From a virus (Duplodnaviria; Caudoviricetes), in IMG/VR virus record IMGVR_UViG_3300035049_000566, positions 1 to 27,098 of that record: DNA of 27,098 nucleotides; one strand, written 5' to 3'. Shown in pieces: positions 16,818 through 25,977 of this stretch; position 1 is the first letter of the stretch, and the number at the start of each line of letters is the position of its first letter. The translations under genes and the position numbers were made by a program. Under the pieces are notes generated by a model. It had not been told where the DNA came from, ran no database searches, and saw nothing but the letters and a program-made list of their open reading frames with translations.

Positions 16818-17644
16818 TATTTGCTCCCTTCTGGGTCACCACTTTCATCCATCGACGCTGGCATACACCCTTCCAATGGATTGATGTTCTCATTAGGATT
16901 TTCGCTCCATTTTCTCAACTCAACCCAAGAAACTTCAATCTCAGGGTTAACCCATATGGGGCTATCTTCAATCGAAAGTAGCATCGGCGGCTTGTCATTA
17001 CTACTCTTGACCTTAAAATCTCTACCATAAATTAAGCCGTTTCCATCCAGATCTTCATACGCCATATATTCGTTGATCAATTTAGCGGCATAAGGGGCAC
17101 TTGACCCAAAAAGAAATGACCCACATTCCGCAGGGATTTCTGAACACTCATGACCTATGGAGTGCCAATGTGCACCATGAATATGGTTCGCCACTTTGAT
17201 CAGACTAGAACCGGTACCTTCTGCGGCATCTTTTTCATCAGAGCTACCAATCATATTCTGTAGAAAAACCATTAAACTTTGTCCAACATCCTTTTCTGCG
17301 TTGACCCCAACAATTTTTTGCAAAAATTCAATTAAACTTCTATCCTCGTCCTTCTCGGAATGGACACCGACTACATCCTGGAGATAGGATACCAGACTGT
17401 GGTTACTATCCCTTTCCGAGCCTTTACCGACAACGGTTTCAAGCATTGAAATCAAAGTGCCTGTTTCGTTCTCTGGATTCCTGATTGTATCGGTTATCTG
17501 CATACCGCACCTGTTATTCACAGCGTCCCATATCTGACATTCGCTTTCCACGCATTGTGCGTGGACTACCTCAAATTTTGTTGGGATGTTATCTTCGTTA
17601 AAAACCGTGGCTATCGAACCTGATAAAAATGGACAAATACTCAT
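16817..17644 (-). CDS. Hypothetical protein with Cys motif, four 20-aa repeats and a His cluster
   Basis: 275 aa with SD AAGGA. Stop overlaps the PAAR start (TAATG). Confidence 0.75.
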   Translation of the reverse strand: MSICPFLSGSIATVFNEDNIPTKFEVVHAQCVESECQIWDAVNNRCGMQITDTIRNPENETGTLISMLETVVGKGSERDSNHSLVSYLQDVVGVHSEKDEDRSLIEFLQKIVGVNAEKDVGQSLMVFLQNMIGSSDEKDAAEGTGSSLIKVANHIHGAHWHSIGHECSEIPAECGSFLFGSSAPYAAKLINEYMAYEDLDGNGLIYGRDFKVKSSNDKPPMLLSIEDSPIWVNPEIEVSWVELRKWSENPNENINPLEGCMPASMDESGDPEGSK

Positions 17645-17678
17645 TTTGCTGTTCCTTTCTTCTTTAAAAAAACATTCG

Positions 17679-18362
17679 TTACATAGGATTTAAATCTATC
17701 CGTGGAGCCGAAATTTTAACGGTTCCGGCACTGGTGACGATCGTTTTGCCGTCACAATCGACATTGGTGTTCCCTTTAACAATCACATTAGTATCCGCAG
17801 CGGATGATACGTTTATTTCAGATTCCCCGTGAATGGTGATCTTGCCGTCCGGGGTTATTTCAATCGCTGTTTTGGTATGCTTCTGGGTCAAACAAAACGA
17901 TTTGTCCTGCCGGATCTCAACCAGCACTCCGTTTTCATCAAGAACAGTCGAGCCATCATGGTAAGCCGGATTCGTCGGTGCAGGTTCTTTGCCGATACGG
18001 ACATGTTCCATGGCATCCGGCCCCGCCCATGCATCATGGGGGAAATTCGGCATTTTATCAGGTGTATGATGAACTGATCCGGTAATACGTGGCCGCCGGG
18101 TGTCTCCCTTGTAAGGAAAATCAACCCACACATAATCCCCAACCTTTACCGGGGTAAAACATCCCTCTTTCGCCCTGGCCCCAATCGGTAATTTATATTC
18201 CGCCCACGGCAGATCTTCCGTTGAAATCTCATTGGGGAAAATTGGAAAAACACGAACCTTGACCCGCATCTGTTCTTCCGGATCATTGACAAGTTCGACC
18301 ACCCCCACGTACTCGCCATCATATTTTTTCCGAGGCGGTTGCTGTAAAATTGGTTGGTTCAT
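17679..18362 (-). CDS. Baseplate central spike (P1 gp5 / P2 gpV type: OB-fold plus beta-helix)
   Basis: 227 aa; GVVELVNDPE.QMRVKVRV...LPWAEY...P.KVGDYVWVDF..GDTRRPRI, then beta-helix repeats ending RIDLN. Confidence 0.9.
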   Translation of the reverse strand: MNQPILQQPPRKKYDGEYVGVVELVNDPEEQMRVKVRVFPIFPNEISTEDLPWAEYKLPIGARAKEGCFTPVKVGDYVWVDFPYKGDTRRPRITGSVHHTPDKMPNFPHDAWAGPDAMEHVRIGKEPAPTNPAYHDGSTVLDENGVLVEIRQDKSFCLTQKHTKTAIEITPDGKITIHGESEINVSSAADTNVIVKGNTNVDCDGKTIVTSAGTVKISAPRIDLNPM

Positions 18363-19342
18363 AGAGGTAAAGCCCCCTTAATTCTGGTAAAATATTTCTG
18401 CCCCCCATAAAAATGGGCAGCGGTTCCAATCACCACCTTATCCGGCAGACTCTCATCAATAGGTGCGTCATTCCTAAACAAATTCCATTCCAGATCCAAA
18501 GAAATGCCCGGTTTCAACATCCCGCTCCCGTGAGTAGTAAAATCAACTTCCGGCAAACTGGAAACCGACAAATTCCGTAATGCCCCCACGGTGTCTCTTG
18601 ATGTAAATTCCGCTGCCCGGCTCTGGTGTTTCTGTGCCCAGACAAACCCTTCGATCATGTTCCAGCCACAATAAGACTTTAAAAGGCTGTCTTCCACAAC
18701 ATAAGAAGAATTGGGCCGGGTATAGTGAATAATCTGGTGTTCGGCCTGTCGGTTTTCATACGCATATGTTAAATCGGCTTTCCGGGCGAACATATCAGCA
18801 ACTCGACTCATGAAAAACTTTCCCCGCTGATAATAGATCCTCGCTCCCTGTTCGATAGCCATTTGCCTCAACATCACCGATGGCCGTTCACCGGGTAAAA
18901 GGTGGTAATCTTCAGCAACTGGGAACCCGGCAGTGGAACAGGCAACACCAGGCGACAACGCCTGAATAATCGTTACGGCCGGTTTTTTCTTGAATATACG
19001 GGCCTTGGTTGCAGGAATTTTAAGTCTCTGGACATCTCTTTGAATACAATTCAGAGTCACCAACTCCCCCTTTACTGGCATTGTCAGAACAACAAAGAAA
19101 TCTTTCAACTCCATATCACTGCTATCATTCCAATAATCCGCAAAGGTCACCTCTAATTCACCGAACTGAGCAATGCCCATGCTGTCCCGCAAGATCGAAT
19201 CCGTGTCTGAAAGCGTCATGATCAGCTTCGGCCCGGAAAGATCCAACGTTTCCACCAGGACGCACGACTGAAGAAATGATAAATCCACCTCTTCTCCTTC
19301 ACAAGCAATGCGCTGGATAAATAATCCCTCTTGATCAGGCAT
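18359..19342 (-). CDS. Baseplate hub protein (P1 gp6-like)
   Basis: 327 aa; VETLDLSGPKLIMTLSD and YHLLPGERPSVMLRQMA motifs. ATGA overlap with the spike gene. Confidence 0.8.
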   Translation of the reverse strand: MPDQEGLFIQRIACEGEEVDLSFLQSCVLVETLDLSGPKLIMTLSDTDSILRDSMGIAQFGELEVTFADYWNDSSDMELKDFFVVLTMPVKGELVTLNCIQRDVQRLKIPATKARIFKKKPAVTIIQALSPGVACSTAGFPVAEDYHLLPGERPSVMLRQMAIEQGARIYYQRGKFFMSRVADMFARKADLTYAYENRQAEHQIIHYTRPNSSYVVEDSLLKSYCGWNMIEGFVWAQKHQSRAAEFTSRDTVGALRNLSVSSLPEVDFTTHGSGMLKPGISLDLEWNLFRNDAPIDESLPDKVVIGTAAHFYGGQKYFTRIKGALPL

Positions 19343-20042
19343 TCTCCATCACCCTCCCAATATATTCTATCTGCATAGGATCATAAACAGTTACCACCTC
19401 ACCGAACAGAACCGGGGTTTCTATCTCGACCATGGTGCCGGCAGCAAAAAAATGGCCGGTTTCCGTAGTGACGCTCTCGTTATCAAATGAATGCATCTTG
19501 GGGTTCTTGATCATGGCCGTGATGTCAAGTTCTTGATCTCCGATCAAATGACGGGTTTCAAATTTATGCCCCCGGTGCTTGGTGTCACTCACACGGGAAA
19601 GCCACGCCAGGACAAATTTATCCAGGGTTGGCTTATCCCTGGCTATAAAGACCAGCCGATATGATAATATCACGCTCAATACCTTAACATTCAGCCCCGT
19701 GTCCTCATTGAAAAGGATTTTCAGCCGATTGTATATTCCCCCAGGGTTTTCATCATCGCTGACAAGGCCAGGTTGTCTGCTATAATTAACCACTGGCAAC
19801 CTTGCAGACCTTACCTGTTTCCCCTCGGAAATAGTATCAACCGCATTCCCGGAAGCCATATAACTCTTTAAGAAACCCTGTACACTGTCTGAATCATGCC
19901 GAAACACCTGTTTTTTGGGGTCCCGAGCCAGAAACTCCTTAAACTCGGACGGCCCGGCAACGGCAAGGTCGGAAAACGCCGAAAGGACGTGTCCACCAAA
20001 TGCGATATCAACCGCATGCAATTCTGAATATTCTGTTGTCAT
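19335..20042 (-). CDS. P1 gp24-like tail terminator / tail completion protein
   Basis: 235 aa; F.EFLARDP...LPVVNYSR.P motif; conserved 7-24-6 order. Confidence 0.7.
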   Translation of the reverse strand: MTTEYSELHAVDIAFGGHVLSAFSDLAVAGPSEFKEFLARDPKKQVFRHDSDSVQGFLKSYMASGNAVDTISEGKQVRSARLPVVNYSRQPGLVSDDENPGGIYNRLKILFNEDTGLNVKVLSVILSYRLVFIARDKPTLDKFVLAWLSRVSDTKHRGHKFETRHLIGDQELDITAMIKNPKMHSFDNESVTTETGHFFAAGTMVEIETPVLFGEVVTVYDPMQIEYIGRVMENA

Positions 20043-20524
20043 ATTGTAAACCTCTCATCATAGTCGAAGAACGGCAACATAAAATAAATACTCCCCGCCC
20101 CCGGTTTTTTGGAAATTGATTCAATGTGCTCAATATAAAGCATCTTACGCGTGGTATCGTCGGTGAGGTCGTTGTACTCATCATAAACCAGAACACTTGA
20201 TTTTGGGATGTCATCCGCACCAATGAGCAGAGCAACCGGCTGCTCTGCAAACCCGGAAGCCGTCACCCCTTCGTCGTCAAACGGTACGGGGAAATCAAAA
20301 GGCAGATCAAAAACCCTGACATCTTCAGGATCAGCATATTTGATAATCTTATCATCTACCTCAATGGACCCTACCTGGTCCACAACATCGGTTACCTGTT
20401 CCACCTGGTCCCGCAATGCCCTAAACAAAAGCGCATCAAAGGCTTCCGGCGAGCTGTTCAAGAAGGTGGTCAAATCTCCCGCCACAAGCCCAAGCAATGG
20501 TCTTAAATCCCGTGGGGTTGTCAT
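20039..20524 (-). CDS. P1 gp7-like neck / stopper protein
   Basis: 161 aa; PEAFDALLFR...Y.DP motif; ATGA overlaps on both sides. Confidence 0.7.
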   Translation of the reverse strand: MTTPRDLRPLLGLVAGDLTTFLNSSPEAFDALLFRALRDQVEQVTDVVDQVGSIEVDDKIIKYADPEDVRVFDLPFDFPVPFDDEGVTASGFAEQPVALLIGADDIPKSSVLVYDEYNDLTDDTTRKMLYIEHIESISKKPGAGSIYFMLPFFDYDERFTI

Positions 20525-21702
20525 ATCTCCATATCCTCCGCAAGTTTACCGATTTCCTTTACAGGCCGGTTGTTTGCCTTGGCAAATTGTTTAATCGCCT
20601 CTTTTTGAGGAATATTGTCCTTGTAGGCGGCCTTCAGCAATGCCGTGTGCAGATTGGCCTTCAACAAATCCGTGGACATCTGCTCGTTTTTCCTTTCGGC
20701 TTTTTCCCGGATCTTTTTCTCCTGAGTAGCAATCTTTTTGTAAGCTGCCCGTTCTGTTCGCATCTGTTTTAATTTTTTTGCAACACTTGTTTCCGCCATC
20801 TTTTGTTTCATCCCCTGCTTAGCTCTCTGGAACAAGCCAAAGGCCTTTCCCGCTAATGATTTGTCAACAGATTTTGCCTGTTCGCTTTCGTTCGCTGCCT
20901 CTTCAAGTTCATCTTTTTGCAAGTATCTGCCAGCAGTATTCTTGTCATCACCAAACCCTATGGCCTGGGCCTGTTTTTCCAGTTCTTTGGCAACCATCCT
21001 GGCTACCACCGGGCCTTGTAAGACGGCAAAAGTCTTCAAAACGTGTTTGCAGCAACTGCCGGTAAGCTTTGGATTCCGAATCTTTGGGAATGCATACTCC
21101 AAGGGCTTGATCGCAAACCCGCCGATAGTGGCAATATACCGATACCAGTATTGATGCCTGCCACAATCACATTCAAAAGAGATGCGACCGGCAAGAATCT
21201 TCTTTGCACTCTTTTGATATGTTTTGGTGCTGGTGAGATAATCCGCCCATTCATCCAAACGTATTTTAACCTGATGATGTTTGAATTTACTCTCCGCACT
21301 GGCACTTACCCGGAAATGGAGAACCATGCCGTCTTTGCTGTTTACAAGCCGATATAAAGTTGCCGTCGTGATTTGTTTCCGAGCCCGTTCAATGTCAATG
21401 GACCGGGAAGCTGAAATCAGCTGTTTGACAGGAACTCCACGCTTACTGGAGCCATATTTCTTTTTTGCTGCCTTGGCTTTTTTGCTGAAGTCTATCAGGT
21501 CTTCCCGGGTAAAAGGCTTGCCGCCCCGCTTGGCACCGTACAAGAGGTCCAGGGGCGCACCAGATGCAAGATGTTTCCGCATAGCTTCCGGGGTGAGCGT
21601 CCTCTCTGCGTTCCTGCGGTTTTCCGCTTTTGCTGTCCGGATCTGGTTGAACATCTGCTCGAATCGTTTGAATTCTGCCTGTGAGGTTTGTTCTTTGGCC
21701 AT
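20521..21702 (-). CDS. P1 gp25-like protein with SWIM-type zinc finger
   Basis: 393 aa; F.VSAS.ES...HHQVKIR...GRISFECDCGRHQYWYRY.AT.G...E.AFPKIRNP.L.G..CKHV. Confidence 0.85.
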   Translation of the reverse strand: MAKEQTSQAEFKRFEQMFNQIRTAKAENRRNAERTLTPEAMRKHLASGAPLDLLYGAKRGGKPFTREDLIDFSKKAKAAKKKYGSSKRGVPVKQLISASRSIDIERARKQITTATLYRLVNSKDGMVLHFRVSASAESKFKHHQVKIRLDEWADYLTSTKTYQKSAKKILAGRISFECDCGRHQYWYRYIATIGGFAIKPLEYAFPKIRNPKLTGSCCKHVLKTFAVLQGPVVARMVAKELEKQAQAIGFGDDKNTAGRYLQKDELEEAANESEQAKSVDKSLAGKAFGLFQRAKQGMKQKMAETSVAKKLKQMRTERAAYKKIATQEKKIREKAERKNEQMSTDLLKANLHTALLKAAYKDNIPQKEAIKQFAKANNRPVKEIGKLAEDMEI

Positions 21703-22016
21703 TATTCCTCCAAACCAGAATGATATTTAATCCGTTGGCGCACCCACACGATCGGCGGTAACCAGATTGTTTCCCCGACGGGCAGGGCTTCCCGAAGGTC
21801 ATCCAATTGAGCGACCACCATCACCGCCCACTTGAGCTTATCCGTACCGTAAAACCGATGAGCAATCAATTCCGGCATCAACCGTTCATCTGGCTGTATT
21901 TCGTATTCCGTCCAGCCTTCGGTCTGATTCTCCGCACCGTTCCGGATCTCCCGGTACAGTTCGGCTCTGTGTAGGGTATCGTTGATGTTGTATGGACTAA
22001 GCCTTGACAGTGACAT
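21702..22016 (-). CDS. P1 gp26-like LysM-type baseplate wedge protein
   Basis: Start moved to ATG 22016 (SD AAGGAGG). YEIQPDE...PELIAHRFYG...LKW.V......DD....LPVG..I.LPP..WVR.RI. Confidence 0.82.
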   Translation of the reverse strand: MSLSRLSPYNINDTLHRAELYREIRNGAENQTEGWTEYEIQPDERLMPELIAHRFYGTDKLKWAVMVVAQLDDLREALPVGETIWLPPIVWVRQRIKYHSGLEE

Positions 22017-22030
22017 GTTTTGTACCTCCT

Positions 22031-22699
22031 TTATTTTATATTCTGCGGGGCCGCAGCCCGTTTCTTTTCCCATTCTTCCAACCTTGTCTTCGTATGCCCA
22101 ATCGTGATCGCATAAAACGATGACAAAGCATCATCCTTCCTTACTTTCGGAGTCAACCAGATATCCATCATTTCATCAATGTACCGATGACTGACCGGCT
22201 CCACCATGGCCCCGACAACACACAGTAAAAGACACCGATGACCAGCCGTGAAAGCATCCCAGTTGATGGAGTAAATAACCCGCCCTTTATCATCCTGTTT
22301 CTTTTCAACCCGCTGGCCTTCACCACCGGCACGGATAATAAAAGATTGGGAATCCTTGGCCACAATAAGATTATCCGTCTCCATCAAAGAAAAATACCAG
22401 TTCAAAGCCGTGTAAAAATTACTTTGACCGGTTTCGCCATCCATGTCTTCAAGCCTGAATTGACTGGCATATTGGGCTATATAATCGGTTTTTTCCTCAA
22501 CAATACAAGCAAACCCATCCGCCTTTTTCTTCTTAATTTCCTCAATGAGACCTTTTTTCCATGATCCAAACACGCCTTTAATCGGCTTGATGTGGGTCAC
22601 CAATAGCTGTTCCCCGTTATAAACCGCATATGCCTTGTACTTCTGCATCCCCGCAAGGGAAACCACAAAGATTTTTATTATTCCTTTTTCTTCCGTCAT
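22031..22699 (-). CDS. Hypothetical protein translationally coupled to the terminase large subunit
   Basis: Probable start ATG 22699 (GGGGGA upstream; ATGA overlap with the pacB stop); 222 aa. Confidence 0.7.
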   Translation of the reverse strand: MTEEKGIIKIFVVSLAGMQKYKAYAVYNGEQLLVTHIKPIKGVFGSWKKGLIEEIKKKKADGFACIVEEKTDYIAQYASQFRLEDMDGETGQSNFYTALNWYFSLMETDNLIVAKDSQSFIIRAGGEGQRVEKKQDDKGRVIYSINWDAFTAGHRCLLLCVVGAMVEPVSHRYIDEMMDIWLTPKVRKDDALSSFYAITIGHTKTRLEEWEKKRAAAPQNIK

Positions 22700-24600
22700 G
22701 CTGTATCCCCCGTAAGTATTTCCCGTGCCCATTTAATCATGTCATCACTGTGATCGTCCGCAGCCGCTTCGACCGGTATGTAATCCACAAGATAGAAGAA
22801 ACAATGAGTATCCCAGACATCCGGGCTTTTGATCCCCTTGCCGCGCATCCGCTCTTTGGTCCAAATTGCGTACCGGCCTCGTTCGTCCATGTCATACGGA
22901 ATCTTCGCGCCTTCCTCGACAATCTTCTTTGTTGCCGCAATCTTCATTCGCTCTTCAAACACAGCCTCTCGGACCTTGACTGATGCATAGGCACGCTGAT
23001 TTCTGTACCGCCGCTTGTCCGCCTCGGAATGACAAGGTAGGCCCCAGTGAATAGCTTCGCACTGCATTCCCAACTCATCGAGTTTAAGGATAACCGTTCG
23101 GCCCGCACCATCGCCATCCACCGCAATTGTAACGGACGGCAAATCAAGACACCGGTGGTACAACTTCCGAGCAAATTCCTTTTCATTCAGATCCAGGAAC
23201 TCCCGACATTCAACCACCTCAACTTTACGGTTTTCATAGTATCCAGACACCTTGCCAATAGTCCAGACGGATGAATCCCGGTGAACACCTTCAGCAACAT
23301 CAACCGTGACCACCCATCCCCAGGGTTCATCGTGTTGGATTTCTATCCCCTGGCATATTTCCAACCATCTTTTGGGGATCAGGTACCCGGTTAAGTTATC
23401 CGGCAGGCATCCCAGAACCTTGATTTGATATTCAGGGCTATGGTGACCGCCGTATTCGATCAGTTTTTCTCGGATAAATTTCTTGGAAACAATAGGAGAA
23501 AGCTCGGCATTGAGGTTGAACGTCGTGTAAAGGTCACTCAACTTCCCAAAAGCATCTGCAAAATGACCGATCGGCCTGGTGGGCTGAGAAACCATGACAT
23601 ACCGGTTGTCCTCATGAGTAAGGGCTCCCCTGAGTACCCCGTGGATCTCATCCTCGACACCGGATGCCTCATCAACGATGCAAAGATAATTATCATTGTG
23701 CTGGCCTGCCACGTTCTCAGGTGCGCTCTTGCTGGCTGTCTTAGGGATTACATACCAGGAATCTTTAAACAGGCGCATATAATACCGTTTTGCTTCCTTG
23801 ATAAACCATCCAGCCATCCAGGGGTGTGCCCGATCCACGTTCAGGATGGCCTCATCCAGGTATTTCCAGACCACGGAACGCACCTGTTCGACATTGGTAG
23901 CGGTCAATAAGGCGTTGGAATACGGGTATACCCGGAGATGCCAGTCAAGAATCCATGCCAGTAAATACGATTTGCCGGTATTGCTCAAAATTGTGCCGTC
24001 AGCATGAAGGAACAGCCGATCCTCGATCAATTCAAACCCGTAGAAATTATCAATACTAACCGGATAAATACGGTCAATCCCTCTCGCTTCGCCGCCCCTG
24101 CGCACTGCTGAGAATTCTTTTTGCCGGCAATCCTCCCAAAGAACGAAATCTTGCAGATTTACGAGGGACGGTTTCTCATATCCGTCTTGTCTTAAATACA
24201 AAACATGCTGCTCGTTGTAGATGTGCGACCCACCATCCATAAATCTACACAAATAAAGAATTTCCCTGCCGGAACAAAGGTTATTCACGGTCCGCCTGCT
24301 TCCATCCGGCCCCATCACCTCGTCCCCAGGGTTGATATCTTCAACAAATTTTACAGACCAGTCAAACATGCGTATGGGTGTGCCTTTTCCAAAACAACCA
24401 TGGCCCGAAGCGACAGCCACCCGACACCCAGGTTCCTGTATCGCTTCTAATAAATCCAACTGCTGCCAAGTCATCCGGCAAGGAGCGTGGTCCAGCAGAT
24501 ACCCCACCAGATCCCCCCGGTACCGGGCACAAAAATTAAGGTACCGGGGATCGCGGGTAAGGGATTTTTTCTTATACTTTCTTCTCGGGGCCATCCCCAT
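22696..24600 (-). CDS. pacB: Terminase large subunit (P1 PacB-like) containing a mini-intein
   Basis: Split Walker A SGHG|TGKS, Walker B LCIVDEASG, SQPTR motif, nuclease VDVAEG.HRDSSV and SPD.WD. About 495 aa after splicing. Confidence 0.92.
   Translation of the reverse strand: MGMAPRRKYKKKSLTRDPRYLNFCARYRGDLVGYLLDHAPCRMTWQQLDLLEAIQEPGCRVAVASGHGCFGKGTPIRMFDWSVKFVEDINPGDEVMGPDGSRRTVNNLCSGREILYLCRFMDGGSHIYNEQHVLYLRQDGYEKPSLVNLQDFVLWEDCRQKEFSAVRRGGEARGIDRIYPVSIDNFYGFELIEDRLFLHADGTILSNTGKSYLLAWILDWHLRVYPYSNALLTATNVEQVRSVVWKYLDEAILNVDRAHPWMAGWFIKEAKRYYMRLFKDSWYVIPKTASKSAPENVAGQHNDNYLCIVDEASGVEDEIHGVLRGALTHEDNRYVMVSQPTRPIGHFADAFGKLSDLYTTFNLNAELSPIVSKKFIREKLIEYGGHHSPEYQIKVLGCLPDNLTGYLIPKRWLEICQGIEIQHDEPWGWVVTVDVAEGVHRDSSVWTIGKVSGYYENRKVEVVECREFLDLNEKEFARKLYHRCLDLPSVTIAVDGDGAGRTVILKLDELGMQCEAIHWGLPCHSEADKRRYRNQRAYASVKVREAVFEERMKIAATKKIVEEGAKIPYDMDERGRYAIWTKERMRGKGIKSPDVWDTHCFFYLVDYIPVEAAADDHSDDMIKWAREILTGDTA
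23980..24396 (-). mobile_element. Mini-intein (139 aa, no homing endonuclease) in the PacB Walker A motif
   Basis: Starts at Cys69 (CFGKGTPIRMFD...VEDINPGDEVMGPDG), has block B NEQH and block F NFYGFEL...LFLHADG, ends ILSN207, followed by Thr+1. Removing it restores SGHGTGKS. Confidence 0.92.
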
Positions 24601-25576
24601 CCTCCCCGAAAGATTCGACGTGGGCCAGCTCTTCTTTGATCAGGACCACCTCTCTTTTTCGCTCTGTCACAAATTCAGTCCGCTCTACCTCAATTTCCGC
24701 TAACATCTCTTGTCGCTTGGCAAGAATCTGCTCTTCCGTGATTTCATCCCCATCATCCGGCACAACTTCTTCCGGCTGGTGTTTCTGCAGCATCATCTTG
24801 AGGGGTTCCGGCATTGTGACACCCAGCTTGACAAGTTCTATCGCTGCTTCGGCAATATCCATGTTTCCGTCGGACAGGCCGTCAAATATAGTCCTGATCT
24901 CGTTCATTTTCTCAAGACCCTGAAGGTTCGGCATTATTTGCTCAAACGCTTTTTGCATATCAATCACAAAATTTGCGGCTTCCCGGCAAGTGTGCGGGCT
25001 TTTAAGCGGTTTCCAGTCTTTCCGGGCCGCTGCCGCATCATTGAGAACGTCCATTAGAAGCCATTGATTCAAAAGGATTTCAGCGTACATATCCCTGGCA
25101 TTGTCCGCTGCACGATCTTTTATCAGGTTTTCGACGGTTTTTTTTGCCGTTTCTGCCGACACTTCCCGCCGTTCCTTCAACCAGCCTTTTGTATTGTTTC
25201 GGAATATTTTATTAACTGGATCGATTCCATAAGCCCTTGCCAATGCTGAAAGAGTCTTATGCTCGCCTTTCATGAACTCGACTTTAAATTTCGACCAATC
25301 ATGAGGTGAATCGGGGTTTACTTTCTCTTTGGTGGAGGGTTTACCCATCTCTTTTTTTGTAGCATTTGCCGGCTTTTTCTGTTTTTTGGCTTTTTGGGAT
25401 GGTTTGCCTTTCCTTTTCAACTTATGCAGAATCTTTCTAAAATAAGCCAGTGACAAAGGTTTTCCAAGCTCTTCACTTCTTCTTTGACAGAACGCTGCAT
25501 GGGTTAACTTTTCCCCGGATTCCTTCAATTTCAGGAAAAGTGTACCTTCTGCCTGGTAGTCTATTTTATTACCCAT
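24572..25576 (-). CDS. pacA: Terminase small subunit (P1 PacA-like)
   Basis: 334 aa directly upstream of and overlapping pacB. HTH-like DWSKFKVEF...TLSALARAYGI and C-terminal E.E..EFV.ER..EV..IKEEL. Confidence 0.7.
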   Translation of the reverse strand: MGNKIDYQAEGTLFLKLKESGEKLTHAAFCQRRSEELGKPLSLAYFRKILHKLKRKGKPSQKAKKQKKPANATKKEMGKPSTKEKVNPDSPHDWSKFKVEFMKGEHKTLSALARAYGIDPVNKIFRNNTKGWLKERREVSAETAKKTVENLIKDRAADNARDMYAEILLNQWLLMDVLNDAAAARKDWKPLKSPHTCREAANFVIDMQKAFEQIMPNLQGLEKMNEIRTIFDGLSDGNMDIAEAAIELVKLGVTMPEPLKMMLQKHQPEEVVPDDGDEITEEQILAKRQEMLAEIEVERTEFVTERKREVVLIKEELAHVESFGEDGDGPEKKV

Positions 25577-25943
25577 AAATAATCTTTGCTCTTAGCTTCT
25601 GGTGTACGCCGCACTGATACTCAACCATCGTTCGACACACTTCCTCTTGTGTTTGGAATATGGTTCCGCACGCAGGACATTGACGATCCCTGCAAACAAT
25701 ACCGGGGCTTGCCGGCAGGGTTGCGACAACTCTTGTTTTTGAATTGCAAAAAGGGCAGTGGTCCACACGAACCCGCATCATTGGACCAGGGATGGGCTGT
25801 TCAAGTACTGTTAGAAAAAATTCTATAGTCTCAAACCCATTGTCGCAGTCATTGCATTTGCGCCACCGGCAAACGGAAAGATTAACACCCCTCTTGTCGA
25901 TCCCAAGGCTTCTCATCCTTCCACCGCAAAAAATACAATCCAT
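25569..25943 (-). CDS. Tandem Zn-ribbon protein (two NrdR-N / Ogr-Delta-like CxxC...CxxC-F-T-E units); candidate regulator
   Basis: Start ATG 25943 (SD GAGG/GGTG). Units: CIFCG...RWRKCNDCDNGFETIE and CPFCN.KTRVV.T...RDRQCPACGTIFQTQE. Confidence 0.75.
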   Translation of the reverse strand: MDCIFCGGRMRSLGIDKRGVNLSVCRWRKCNDCDNGFETIEFFLTVLEQPIPGPMMRVRVDHCPFCNSKTRVVATLPASPGIVCRDRQCPACGTIFQTQEEVCRTMVEYQCGVHQKLRAKIIYG

Positions 25944-25977
25944 ATCACCACCCCTCAATTATTTCGATTCAAACATT

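Noticed and set aside
2192-19342. Stand-alone eCIS, T6SS or R-pyocin interpretation of the sheath, tube, spike and PAAR genes
   Set aside because: Apparently intact capsid, neck and both terminase genes are present. No TssJLM/ClpV or Afp15 ATPase is seen.
24572-25576. P1-type pac site (clustered Dam-methylated TGATCA/G hexamers within pacA)
   Set aside because: Only scattered GATC sites were seen, with no cluster.
25569-25943. nrdR
   Set aside because: Only the Zn-ribbon is present (duplicated). There is no ATP-cone and no RRRR motif.
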